DNA from: Paragordius varius
Lineage: Eukaryota; Animalia; Nematomorpha
Assembly (NCBI GenBank): GCA_964247055.1
Contig: OZ176050.1
Span: 7,688,001 to 7,752,000 of the forward strand
Length of the DNA stretch: 64,000 bases
Reading direction: 5' to 3'
The position numbers were made by a program, and so were the translations under genes. Numbering within the stretch: the first letter of the stretch is position 1; every line of letters starts with the position of its first letter. The notes under the pieces are model-generated. The model made no database searches and was not told the origin of the DNA. It saw only the letters and a list, made by a program, of their open reading frames with translations. Below, one piece after another: positions 14,075-27,282 of the stretch.

Positions 14075-16845
14075 CATACAAATTTTAAAATGAGATTAAT
14101 TTTAGGCACAACTTTTCTGGATATACATATATAGATATCAAAATATGTTGTCCCACACAATTTAAGCAGTTTTATCCCTTAGAATTTATTTTATACATTT
14201 TATCACGCTAAAAAATGTTTGTTCTTGTTTGAAACATTATTAAGTTTCTAATTTTTCATTTTTTTTCTTTGTCAAAGTGCTTGGATGATTTTTTATGTGT
14301 AAAGAGTGCCTGGACCCACCTAAACGTAACTTAGGAAAAGTAGCTTAAAAGCGTGTTATGAAGTTTTAGTTTTAATAATATGTATATTTATGGATTCAAT
14401 TGCATATTATACAAATGAAAAAACTAAACAACCTATTTATAGTTTGAGAGTTTTCTAAAAATTCCGATTTCTCCACTTGATATAACTGATGACATCACCA
14501 ACAATGAAATTACATAATTGTGGGTTACAATAAACTTTATCACCATGTATCCGGGCAACCATTTACTGAGATGCCACATAAACAAAATAATTTTAACTTA
14601 TATAAAGAGTTAAAAGTTATTTTTATGTCTAGGAATTTAGTGAGACAACTCAAATTATAAATACCTCTCAAGATAGTACCAAGCCAGAGATTACAACACC
14701 CTCTTCTGTGGTTATAACCACTGATGATATAACTTCTCAACCTACTACGGTTGGCAATACAATTCCCGTATTGTCAACAATCGATATTGATAAAATTACG
14801 CCCAACGGGGACGAACCATTTATTTTTTTGCCATCAGATACAAAAAGTGCTAATATTTCTTCAATAGCAAACAAAAGTACGACTAACGATAACAAGACAA
14901 TCATCATAACCAAAAGTCACAGTATTAAAATGGAGACTAACATTGGTAATTCCTATTTTATGACTTAATTCATAAAAAATATATATTTCACTAATAAAAA
15001 GTAAGTTATCTCTATATGTTTTAGCCCTTTCCTTGCAAAACTTATCGGCTTTTCCAGGTATTTATTTTATCAAAAAAGCATACATTGACAAATAATATAC
15101 ATACATCGTAATTTCAAATAGAATTACTGGCATACTATCCGTTCGATCAAAACTTCAAAAATCAGATCATATATAACAACTCTGAAGAGATTCCGGGGGG
15201 TAGAGCCAAAATTGATACAAAAGATAAAATGAGCGGGAACGGATCCTTATACTTAGATGGTCAAAGTTACCTCATCTTAAATCAACTCAGAAATCATAAG
15301 TGGGGGAAACAATTTACTATTAGCCTTTGGTTTAAACGAGAAGGTCCGATTTCTTAAATATTATTTTTTATTTCCTTTATGCTATTATGATAATAAGCTT
15401 TTCACAATATTTTACTGTAATACGGTAAAAATTGGTATTAAACAAACAAAGCATAACAACTAAAAGACAGTTTTTGTATAAAAAGACAACCATACGTTTT
15501 TTTAACTTTGATTTTTTATGCATAAACTATATATTTACAATTTTAAATTATATATAATAATTCATTTCTAATTTACCTTTGGCAGCCTAAAAGATGAGTT
15601 ATATTAAAAAAACAAGATATATAAAAATATGGTTGTCTTTTTTTTAAAAAATATCTGTCTTTTAGTTTTTATGTTTTGTCTGTCTGTATAATGTCGATTT
15701 TTACTGTGAAATACTCAGGTTTATTCAATAACTATGCATCAATCATATCAAATGGATACGCGGATAAAGGTAGCTGGGACATTCGGATGGGCCGAGAACT
15801 TCAAGGGCAACGGTTGGGAGCCGGCATTATAACCAAATTAAAAAAAAATGGGTGGGATTATACCCGTAAGAAATAATGAGTTATTTACTTTTGCCAAAAA
15901 GCTGATACATAAAATTTGAGTAAAAACATTTTTTGTATAATTCTTGAAATAATTTCAATCTATCATTTTTAGTTAAATTAAACAGCTATGCCTTTAAAGA
16001 CAGTTTTTTATGCAGAATTTTATAAATTTTTGGTATATTATAATTTTAGAGAGCATGGCAAAAAATTTTGAATGGCATCATGTGCTTTTGACATACAACG
16101 GTAATGAGCTATATTTTTACCTGGATGGGGAAAAACAGCACGGTAAAATTAGTTATTTTTAGTATAATAAAACGTAGTTGAATTTACCCGAAAAATTTAA
16201 CCACTTTTGTGGTCACATTTTAAATAGTTTAGTTAGAGCTTATAAAGTATAGATTTGAAAAATCATTATGCCCCATATAAAATGCATTAAAAACCTTATA
16301 TGAGTTTAATTAAATTTGATTATGAAAAATAAAAAAAATGGGGATATATGAATAAAAAACTAAGCCAAATGATTTTTTCGCCCAAGGGGCATTTATATCT
16401 AATATAAATTTAAATAAATTATTTTATGCGTAAAAATATGTAAACGTAATTTTTTTTTCGAAAATAGGTTGATACTCTGATAGATTTTAAAATTAGAGAT
16501 TTAGTTTGGAAGATAGGGTCGTGGAGAAAAATTTTGATCCTTTACTAAATATAATTGAGTATTTCGGGCTTATGTCTTGCTTACCCAATCGGATCGATTC
16601 ATAAAACCTTACTTTTATTATGTTTTAATTTGATAAAAAACTATTTTTTTCCGCTTATAGGCAATGTGTTTTGTTGCAAGGGTAACGTTAAATCAAACAA
16701 CAATCCGATTATTATTGGAAAAGCTGGATATGGGGGATATGGTGAGAATTTTATGGGTCATATCGATGAATTACTCATTTTTGGAGCTTATGTCAACAAA
16801 ACGATTGTCAAGCAACTAAATTCATTAAAATACTTAGCAGTATAG
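11755..16845 (+). CDS. Secreted protein: signal peptide, G/P/F/N-rich low-complexity N-terminus, Thr/Ser-rich mucin-like stalk, C-terminal LamG (concanavalin A-like, Laminin_G_3) domain
   Basis: GT-AG exons: 11755-12364, 12714-12788, 13182-13291, 14633-~14945, 15025-15057, 15122-15343, 15719-15865, 16050-16142, 16661-16845. Hydrophobic leader ends at VNG-QD. LamG motifs: YYPFD, SLYLDG, FTISLWFK, WHHVLLTYNG..LYFYLDG, FMGHIDELLIF. The phase at 14945/15025 is unresolved. Confidence 0.85.
14013..14069. repeat. (AT)n microsatellite, ~28 units
   Basis: Uninterrupted ATATAT run. Shorter (AT)n runs occur at ~629-650, ~43782-43800, ~54202-54222, ~54768-54789 and ~54958-54981. Confidence 0.95.
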
Positions 16846-16970
16846 TATATACTGGTTTTTATAATGTATTAATTTATTTTTAGATTACATGTATATATAC
16901 ATATGTCTACATTTGCTATACAAAAAAAGTTTTGTATATTTTTAATTAAATAAATAAATTCGACAATTAT

Positions 16971-19900
16971 TTAGTTAATAACGTTTTTATGAGGATCATG
17001 AGTGGGGTTCACAGTGATTCCATCAATTTGAACATTAGGATCAGCCACAAAGGCGGCCAAAAGGGCCTGAGCCACTTGTTCTGCCGTAAGATACGACATT
17101 GATCCGTAAAATTTGTCACCTAAAATGTAAAAGAATATAAAATGCTCATAACTAACAAACATTTTTACCAAAACTTAACTTGATATAACTCTCATTCATA
17201 TTTTAAATTTATATTGGTAACTTACTTAAATATTATCAAAGACCACCGTTTCCAACGTAAAATGGTAATATAAGAATAATTCTACAAAATTGACAACTTG
17301 GTCATATTAAACTCACCATCTCAAATAAAACTAATTCATTAAATACAACAAATAAATTTGGATATATTACTTAAGTATTTACTTATTATTAGATTCTTAC
17401 CAATAATTAGAAATTTATTTACATTCCCATGTACGTCAAATTAAATTAAACATTAAAATTATGATATTAGCCAAACTTATTGACTTAAGATAACTAAGGT
17501 CAAATCATAAATTTTATGTAATAAAATGGGTTAGTAATTGTTAACTACACAGAGTATTGGGTATATATTTTCGATTGGCCAAAAATAGCCTTTAGTTATC
17601 GAAGCAATCAAATATATAGCACCTGTAAATTAAAAATATATTTACAAAGTAATTAAATTCTGTTGGCTTGTTGTAAAATAAATTTATAACAGCCGCCAAA
17701 AAACAAGGAAGCCTCTCTATTAAATAAACTAAAATGTATAACATAATATTCCTTGTGCATTTTTGTTTACAAATATGAGTTAAAATATGTTTGCAATTAG
17801 ACTCGTTCAATAGACCTACAATTTATAAAAGGTTAAAAATTCGATTATAATTTGTACAAAAATGGGTTATTTCCAACCATAAGTTTAAATAATTAATATA
17901 AAATCTATTGTAGTTGTTTTTTAAAAAATTTCGAATGCCAAAGTATATTTTAGAAACTATCGCAATTTTTACGATGGATAAGAATTTGGCCCAGATGCAG
18001 GCTTAATTTCTAACGTTTGCAAGACCTGATAAATTAAATTTTAATGGATATATACCTTGTATAGTTTTTTGTGTATTTTCAATTGAGTCCATAAAATCAG
18101 TTTTAACGACTCCGGGATAAAGAGTTACAACTCTAATACCGGCAGCATAAGCATGACGACTTACTTCTTGTCTAATACATTCAGTCATAGCTGTAACTGC
18201 AAATTTGACTGAATTGTACATGTGCGTGTAATTTCCCAAATCATCGATCGGAAAGGGTATCACCTATGAATAATTATTTCTTATTACTTTTAAATATAAT
18301 TTGTCCAAAGAATTAATGTTAAAGATATAAACCAGTGATACTCAAACCGCGGCCCGCGGGCCGCATGCGGCCCTAAGAGTGTTTTAAAATTGCCCTATGA
18401 CCATATCGATACTTATATTATTTTTTTAACACATAAACGAATTTTCTATTATTTTAATATTAATTTATTTTCTTTAGAAATTTTGGTAGTTTTTATTTTT
18501 TACCCAATTCGAAATGTAAAAAATTTTCCTACATTAAAAAAATTTCAAAATTTTGGCACACGTTGCTTCTATGTCTGTATTCTATTTTCTTTTCTATTTT
18601 GAAATTTTTATTGCAATCCTTTTTTGTATTTAAGCAAGCCTTTCACTTAAACTTGCATATACATATTCTTTTCATAGCTCTCCCGCCTCATTTTTTATAA
18701 CTCTTTCCCATAAATTATTTTTCAAATAAACATCATTAAATTTCAACTTGTTTTTTTATAGCGTAATATTTTTTAAAAAAATTTACATAATATTTAAACA
18801 TAAATTCAAAAGATGACATCTAATGCTAAAAAACGTAAATTATCCGATGAAAATCGCCCTTTAAAAAGAATGGGAAGAAATATTCTTTGTCGTTATAAAT
18901 AAAAATGTTGTTACCTACCTTATATGTAAGGACAACATTATAATAAAAAAACAATATTGAAATTTTACAATCCATTTTTCTCATAAATTACCAGAAAACC
19001 ATGAGGAAAAACGAAAAATATAAAAAGATTAAGGAATTATCAGAAACGAAAATCTATTACCATAACTTTCCCAGAAAAAAGTTGTATAATTAGCTTCGTA
19101 TGAAATTTGTTATATTTTAGGAAAAAATATGAAACCGTTTGTTGATTGCCAACTAAAAGAATGTCTAATAAATGGTTGCACTTTTTTATTTGATAAATTG
19201 CATCTAAAGATCAAATCATGAGGCAAATTAAAAACTTCAACTTTCTGCAACATGTGCTCGACGCATTGAAGATATGTCTAAATATATTTTTAACAATACA
19301 ATATTGGCTTTGAAAAACTGCAAATATTTTGGTAATGCTATTGATTCTAGCACTGATATTAGTACAACACCTCAATGTGCGCTATTCGTAAGATTTTGCA
19401 ACGACAACATAATCAACGAATATTTAAAATTTTTACCAATAAATAATACCATGAAAGGAAGTGATTTTCTCGAAATAATTAACACCTTTTTCGATAATAA
19501 TGATATATCTATGAAAAAATGGTGTCAATCTGCACAGATGGCTGTCCCTCTATGATTGGAATAACCAAAGGATTTATTCCTCTTTTGAAAAACAAATATA
19601 ATTTACAAAATATTTTATCCTTTCACTGCTTTATTCATCAAACTTGGTTTCGCGTGTAAAAGATGAATCACTCAATTCAGTAACGGTTGTGGATATAGTT
19701 AACCGCATCCGTGGCAGAGAATTCCGCTGTAAATTCAAAAACCTCCTGAAAGATATCGACAGTGAGTTTAATTATATTCTTTTGTACACTGCTGTGAGAT
19801 GGCTATAGCAAAGTATTAAATAGATTTTTTGTTTTAAGACATGAAATTCTATTATTTATAAAAGATAACAGAAATTTGACGAGGAAATTAGTAACATATG

Positions 19901-22098
19901 GTAGGTTTTATAAGCCTACCTTTGAAACATTACTTATAAACTTTTTTAATACGTCGTCCAGGAAGCAAAATAATAACCCAAATTGTTAATGTAATATCTT
20001 TTAAAAATTAATAATATAAACTAGATTTTATAAATTAAACACTCCTATATTTTCCAACACTTAAAACGATTCATAAAAAATATATGGAATTTACCGCGGA
20101 GATTAATTTAATAATAGATCATCTAACATTTTTATCTAATGAGATATAATTCAGATTTCAAAAATTAAATTATATTAAAATTGCTTAAAACTCGTGGAAA
20201 ATCCATGGCATATGGATATATTAAATATTAAACAACTTGAGAGTATTTCGGTTTTGATCAGGCGCATATCATTGAAGACTTCGTAGGTTTAAAAATTCCA
20301 ATTTGGATATTCAAAGAGAATCGTTGAGAAGAAAGATATGTAGAGTTTTGGCAAGATGTACCAAATAAATATGAAAATATATAAAAATGTGCCCAAGTTA
20401 TCCTAACTCTTTTTCACGTGTGAGACGTCATATTCAAAAATAAAATATGTCAAGAATACATACAGAAACCGTTTAACCGATGATCATATGGACGTATTAA
20501 GATTGGCCTGTCATGAGGTGAAACCAAATTTGTCAAAAATATTTGTTAATATATAAAAATTGTTATCAAAATATTTTAATTTTTTAAACTAAATGGTAAA
20601 CCAGAGTTTAGCTGGATTTACATGCGATCCGCAAAAAATTCATTGTGCTGACTTAGAGTATAAATATCTGCATATGTGTTAAATAACTATAGGATATTTG
20701 CCATTATAAGGTTCATGGCCCCCGAAAAAAAAATATATTTTATTTGGCCCGTCAAATATTTTTGGTGAGTACCACTGATATAAACTATATTTAATAGCAT
20801 ACACTACCATTATAAAAAATACTTTTTCGAAAACCCCAATTTTTATACTAACATGATTTATAAAAATTTGAAATCATAATAATGCGTGCATGTAACAATA
20901 ATAAAAAAATTTCCACAAACCTTTTGTCCGACAATACTGCTAACATTCACCAAGATACCATCCTTTGTGCCCGATTTTGCCATCAACTGCAAAGCTTCCT
21001 TGGAGCAAACAGCCATGGACAAAACATCCACCTCTAGAATGTGTCTCCATCGTTCATACATTTTCATTTTATCCTGTTCGGCTCTGCGCTCATCATATTT
21101 GCCATCTGGCGTATCTTTTGGCAAAAAATAATCAGCAACGGACATGCCAGCATTATTAACACAAGCATGTAATGCTCCATATTTTTCACCAATATGTTTG
21201 AACATTGCTACAACATCTTCAACGCTTGAGAGGTCACATTTAATGGGATAAATGCAGCCTTGACAACCACTTTTCTTTTTACCCTCAAATTCTTGGGCCA
21301 ATTGCTATGATATGTGAATAAAAATGTCCATTAATATAAACCATGGGGTGTCCAACATGCGGTTCATTAAATTCACCGCGAAGAATTTTTAATACAAAAT
21401 TTATGGAAAATTGATTTTCTTAAACAATTTTAGGCATAAATTTTTTGTCAAAAAATTAACAAAAATTGTTAAAACAAATAGTATTTATACAATCTTATGT
21501 TTACAATCTAATCAAATATTTGTTGGTTCCCTTATATTTTGAGAATGCGGCCCATGGGATTTTTATATCCTAAAACGCAGCCCCCAAAGCCATTTGCGTT
21601 GGATACCCGATAATATTATTTGACATTCATGAATAAAACAATTGTTTTTCGGAAGAATCGGTAACCCCTACTTTTAACAAGATGATTTTATAATTCAGGA
21701 AAGTAGGAGCCGTGAAAGCGTAGAAAGGGAGGCCCGTAGTAAAGGGAACATTTTTGCATTTTTTAGGTTTCGTATTTACCACTAATTTTGATCTTATTCT
21801 TTAAGACGTTTTGAATGAGGGTTGATGTTTTATAAAACACGCATGACTTAAGTCTTATATACTTTAAAATTCATATTTATAACAAAGTTTTTATATATTA
21901 ATCAAAGATTGAAACTTGTGTAAGATTAAATATTAACAAAATTTCAATAACAAAAACAAAATTTACCTTCAATTTGTCTTCACTTCTCGCACAAGCTAAA
22001 ACTTTCATTCCATAACCAGCTAACATGATAGAAATAGCTCTGCCAATGCCTTTGGAGGCTCCAGTTACTAATACAATCTTATTTTGCCACTTTTCCAT
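16971..22098 (-). CDS. DHRS11: Classical short-chain dehydrogenase/reductase, DHRS11-like (290 aa)
   Basis: Exons 22098-21967, 21304-20921, 18263-18056 and 17119-16971 total 873 nt with consistent phases. Motifs: MEKW..K.VLVTGASKGIG (TGxxxGIG), ACAR, CDLS, NNAG, catalytic S in NVSS, YNSVK (YxxxK), PGVVKT. Confidence 0.88.
18333..20777 (+). mobile_element. Full-length but decayed hAT (Buster/SPIN, GTF2IRD2-like) transposon in SDR intron 2
   Basis: TIRs CAGTGATACTCA / TGAGTACCACTG (11/12 match). Perfect 8-bp TSD ATATAAAC at 18325-18332 and 20778-20785. Broken transposase from 18813 (MTSNAKKRKLSDEN), including AIDSSTD..QCALFVRF, DGCPSM and HCFIH remnants. Confidence 0.92.
21342..21611. mobile_element. 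Degenerate hAT MITE in SDR intron 1
   Basis: Left CATGGGGTGTCCAAC and right GTTGGATACCCG are imperfect inverted repeats of the CAGGGGTGTCCAAC type. No TSD pair found. Confidence 0.5.
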
Positions 22099-24921
22099 TA
22101 TAATTTGATGTGTCTTTTATTTAAAAATGAGGACAAAACAACGCTGATTAAAAAATGCCTATTCATTGTTGACATTCCCTTTTGCATATAAAATTATTAC
22201 GTGGAACATTATGTGCCAAAAAATTAATATAATATATCATTATATTAATAATATGTTTTTGTGGTTTTTTTCGCAATCTTCACCAAACCAACATTTTTAG
22301 TGTATGAAGATTTTACAATGTTAAATATGTAATACACTTTTTATTTCATAGGCTTATAAATAATGTAATAGCGAAATTTTTGGATAATAGAATTTTAAAT
22401 TTTTGCAACATGGGAAACGAAAGTGGCCAAATATTCCGAAAGCCAGCGAAGTAAAAATTGAAAGAGTTAACCTATTTATTTTTTGAGATTTTAAGGAGCT
22501 ATAAATAAAATTGGTTTATCTATTTTCTAAAAATTAATAGATTAAAAAAATAAATTATATTTCACCCATATGTTTATTTAAATTTTAACTGAGTTTATAT
22601 TATTATTTAAATTATTACACAGACAAAAAATATCTTGAGAAAAATATTCTGGCTGAAAAAATCAGGATTTTCATGGTGCACTTGGTTTTGGGCCTTACGA
22701 CTCATATAAAAATATTTTTACTTATTCCAAAATATCATTGGAATACCACATTTTTAAAACCCAAAACAATATTTAAACAATATTTCATAAACTAGGGATC
22801 CGAAATTTAATTTTTAGCCTCTAAAAAATCATTTTTTATAAATAAGGCTGTTGCATGATAATAATTTTAAATATATGGTAGACTAGATTATGACATCAAT
22901 ATTTTTGATGCGTACTTTGAAATTGAATTTTTAGCAAATGGTTAAAATATGGTAAATAAAGAGTTTTTATGTACAAAACGCCTAATAATTTTTATCACTC
23001 AGTTGAAGCATTCGTTCGTCTCTAATTTAGGCAATTGTCGACAATACATATCAAATAACAAAATATGCATCCAAAGTTGTCATTTATGTCATTGTTGTGC
23101 CAAAATGTATAAAAAATTATCCTATATTACTTGATATATTGTATGCGCTAAACTTAAAAAAGGATGAGATTTAATGCCTAATGTAAAAATAAACTCTATT
23201 TTGACGTTATTTTCCCCATAATTTTTTTGTCCCAATTGTTATTGAATTCTAAAAAAAATAATATTATTATATTTGAATAAAAATGGCACTGAAATAATTT
23301 GATATGTATATTTTTTCAAACTTATCCACATATTTTAGTTTTTACTATTAATAAAGAAACTTAATCCAACCTGCTTTAGTAGTTTTTAAATAATGTCGTA
23401 GTTGGCTTAAGATCTAGTTACTTAATTGAAATTGAAATGTTAAAAATCAGTTTTGATATAATTCAATCACTATAAAATCTGATCGCCTATTCTCGGCATT
23501 TTTGAGTTCATTTTTAAAGAAAAGTATCCCATTTCCGAGGGATCTAAAAAGTTAAAACTTTCGAACTTAGACCAAATATTAACTTTAGATATTGCTTTGC
23601 TTTTTGGAAGTTTATTTATTATATATATTAATAATATTTTTAGAATAAAGCACAAGTTTTCACATAAATATTTTTATTTAGCATATTGTTGTTTAAATAT
23701 AAGGATTCGATATAAAATAATGACAAATGACTCCTAAGATCCAAACCAAAAGGACTGGTAATCCTGATACATTTGTGTATTATAAAGATACACCTCGTCC
23801 CAAATTAGAGCGTATTAAAAATAACCTGATGTTATATATATTCTTATAGAAAATCATGGTTGGTTTTGGCTCTTACGAGTGATTAAAGAAAGTTATTTAT
23901 GCTTTTGTGGTAAGTGCTACTTATCAGAAAATGGCAAAATTTGCGATTCTTATAAATGAATATTTTTTGAAGAAAGCTAATATATAATAAACTACCTATG
24001 ACAATCAAAACAATACTTTTAAGTAATTTTAATTTTTGAAGAGGGCTACAAAGTCTTTTTTTCATTAAATGGGCTTGTTCTCTATTCAGGGAAAAATGAC
24101 TAGATTGCACGAATTTTTTTAATATATACAATTTTAATATCAACTAATAATATTTTTTTCAAAATTTTAATTTTTAAGAAAATTGTTGTTGAAGCGCAAT
24201 TTATACCATTTTGAGGCATGATAGAAACGATTTAAAAACGCTTTTGGATTTTTAAAAACACCTTTATGACATTTCGATCGCTTCAGAATATTTATTCAAA
24301 GCGTGTGTTTTTTATTGCTGAATTTATGTGAAATAACACAATTTACATAAAGTTTGAAAATAAACGAATATCTAAATTATGGAATATGACAGCGAATTAT
24401 ATAGAAAAAGGGATATCATGCGTCAAAATAGTAGTACCCTTCAAATTTTAAATTAATTTTTAGAAAAATCATCAATTTAGAAAGGATTTTAGTTTATATC
24501 AAAAGCATAAATTTAAAACTTTTTCAAACAATCCCTCCACCTTTGAGGTTTTTTAAAACTAGCTCATTATAGAAGAAATCTTCAAATTAAAATTTTTAAG
24601 ATATTATTTTATTTTTATAGGTAGTTTATTATATAATGTATAAAATTTTGTAGAATTAAGCATCTAGCTTTTGCTAAAAAATTTATTAAAATATGCGCAA
24701 ATTTTGTTATTGATATGGCGTCCTTACCACAAAAATTTAAATAACTTTATTATATCTCTCGTAAGCGTCAAAAGTAAAAGCATATTTATTTTTAAATTAT
24801 TTCACACTTTTAATTTTTAATCTTTACCATATAAGAATCGAAGATAAAATCTGACAGGCCACACAAGGTGATAATAATGGATTAAATTTTCAGCAGCTAT
24901 TTCATAATTTCATAATAATGT

Positions 24922-25323
24922 ATGTACCGACAACAAGTTTTAACTTTGTACAAAAAAATTTTAAAGACAGCGAATTCATGGAAAGCCTCAGAATTTAATG
25001 AATTATCAAAAACTGAAATTTGTAAAGAGCGGGCCTACATTCAAAACGAGGCACGAACACTCTTCCGTAAGTACAAGGATTTATCCGACTCAAATATAAT
25101 AAACGAAAAAATTAAGGAGGCCGAAGCTCGATTAAACATTGCTTTGCATTATAATAACCCTTACCCCAGAATAGTTCATGTTCCGCCAGATTATATTACC
25201 CCTAAACAACTTATCAAACGTGGTAAAACGGTAATTGTTAACTCGAAACGTTTTTCCAAATCCGCCAGAAAAGAAAAAGATAGCATACCCATTTACATTA
25301 AATCCTACAAAGATAAGGATTAA
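24922..25323 (+). CDS. LYRM1: LYR motif-containing protein 1 (intronless CDS, 133 aa)
   Basis: VLTLYKKILKTANSW (LYR/K motif), ERAYIQNEARTLFRK, EAEARLNIALHYNNPYPRIVHVPP closely follows LYRM1 ([22 protein letters not shown]). Confidence 0.9.
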   Translation: MYRQQVLTLYKKILKTANSWKASEFNELSKTEICKERAYIQNEARTLFRKYKDLSDSNIINEKIKEAEARLNIALHYNNPYPRIVHVPPDYITPKQLIKRGKTVIVNSKRFSKSARKEKDSIPIYIKSYKDKD

Positions 25324-25439
25324 TGTTAAATTATTGTAAATTTTCTTGGAAATTTAATTGTCTCATATTATTGTTAAATATATCAAATGTTTAATAAACT
25401 TATATTATAATGATTTTTATATTATATAAGGATATATAT

Positions 25440-25726
25440 TACACCATTTACACTTTTAATTCACCCTTAAACAATTCGAATTTACCCTTGAATAATTTAA
25501 CATCACCTTAGAACAATTCAAATTCCTCTCCAATAAATGATAAGTTTTTTGAGATTAAAAATAAAAAAAAATCATTTAAATTTAAATAATACTGAAAAAA
25601 ATAATAAGCTATGCCATAAAGAGATATATATATATATCAATAATGATTTAATTTGTTCGAAAACATAATTTATTTTTAGGGTGAATATAAATTGTTCAAG
25701 GGTGAATTAGAAGTATAAATGGTATA
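25440..25726. mobile_element. MITE of the TACCATTTACA-TIR family
   Basis: Left TACACCATTTACACTT and right AAGTATAAATGGTATA. Inverted subterminal CCCTTGAACAATT/AATTGTTCAAGGG units. Confidence 0.75.
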
Positions 25727-26569
25727 TTTTTATTAATTAGCAAGAAAAACCTGTGGATAATATTCTGTGTATTACTATTAAATTTTAATCGAAATATATA
25801 TCTCATCTTATGCAAATAATTTTCTTCCGCATTAATTTTTAAAACGAATTCTGTTATAATTTGTGTGCGCAGAATGCAACAAGCATATTATTGGAACTGT
25901 GTTATGCGAGACTCGCCTTTAAAGCTTCTGTGAGATAATCTTTTTCTAAAACAATATACCAGAATACGTGACAAACTATTTAAAATCAATACCCAAATAT
26001 TTAATTAAAAAGGCGCGGAGCGTAACGGTTTGTTTTGGAATTAACCTCTGAGCTAAGCGTCATCTTTTTTGTAAGGGTTTTTTTAAACGCAGGGAAATTT
26101 TTTTAATGAAGCAATTTTTGAAATTAGCTCCAGAATCCATTAATGTCGTAGAAAGTAGTACAGCTTTTTTTTGAATATTTTATCATTTATCCCATCAAAA
26201 ATTAATTTTTCGCAATACAAGAATATCATTTGAAACTTTGGAAGACTTAAACGGTTGCCACAAATAATATGTTTGCTTAAAGTGTAACGGGATTTTTTTT
26301 AAATTTAACCCCTGGTATTAAATTTTTTGAAATGTTTTTATCAAAAATACTAATTCATCAAATTAAAATATAGATTATATTTTGATTTACACACGCATTT
26401 ATATATATGGAACGAATTTGTGTCAAATATTTTCTAATATTTATTCATTAATACAATTAAAAAAACATCCATTGTGCTATCATTAGCGCTATCAAATAAT
26501 ATTTTAAAATACAATCTTTACCATATTATTTCATTTCATGGATATAGGTAAAGTAGATAATTCCTTAGG

Positions 26570-26900
26570 TCGAATTCAACCCCTTGGCAATTAAAATGAC
26601 TAATTCCCTCCACTTGTCTCTTTTCCTGTTATTAATTTACTTATACATATACCAGATTCTTTCTTTACAGTGGCCATCCATCTTAACATTGTTTCTCGTT
26701 TTTCCTTCAAATATGCACTATTTTTTATCTTTTAATATATATCAATCTTTAATTGGTTGTTGAATTTCATTCGGAACCATTTGTACACATCGACAGCATT
26801 GACTACCATTATCAGCCAAACCAAATATTTAAATTTTTCTCCAAAAAATAGCTTTTTTTACCTAGTCCATTTTTTTCTTGAACGACATTTTGCCCGTTTT
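26570..26900 (-). mobile_element. Decayed 3' remnant of an RTE-like non-LTR retrotransposon
   Basis: Minus-strand fragments IFEGKRETMLRWMATVKKNL and RDKWRELV resemble the RTE C-terminus. Several frameshifts. Confidence 0.45.
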
Positions 26901-27282
26901 GTTTCCGTAGTGCGTAATAATTATTTACTCCTGTATGCTTTCATAATATTTGCAAACAAGACCATTTTATTTCTATTTATTTTGTTCATTATCTCTGCAG
27001 ATTAAACTGCTTCAAGACCTATTTTTACAGTAAAAATAATAGTTGCACAGATAAAATGAATAAAGGCATTTTTTTTAATATAAATCATTGTTTTAAACTG
27101 CATGGTATAAAATAGAGATGAATCAATTGTTAATTGGAATCGAATAGTTTATATATGGGAAAAAAATATTTGTCCTTTAGTATTTGCGTTTTATCTTCAA
27201 TTTTTACTGTAATAACCTTCTTCATTACCATTCTTAAAACGAATTTTAATCTTTGGTATAGTTATGTTTCGTTACCATATGT

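Noticed and set aside
14440-14520. Possible extra exon (FESFLKIPISPLDITDDITNNEIT*) in the LamG gene
   Set aside because: In-frame stop before any donor, and it is not needed for phase continuity.
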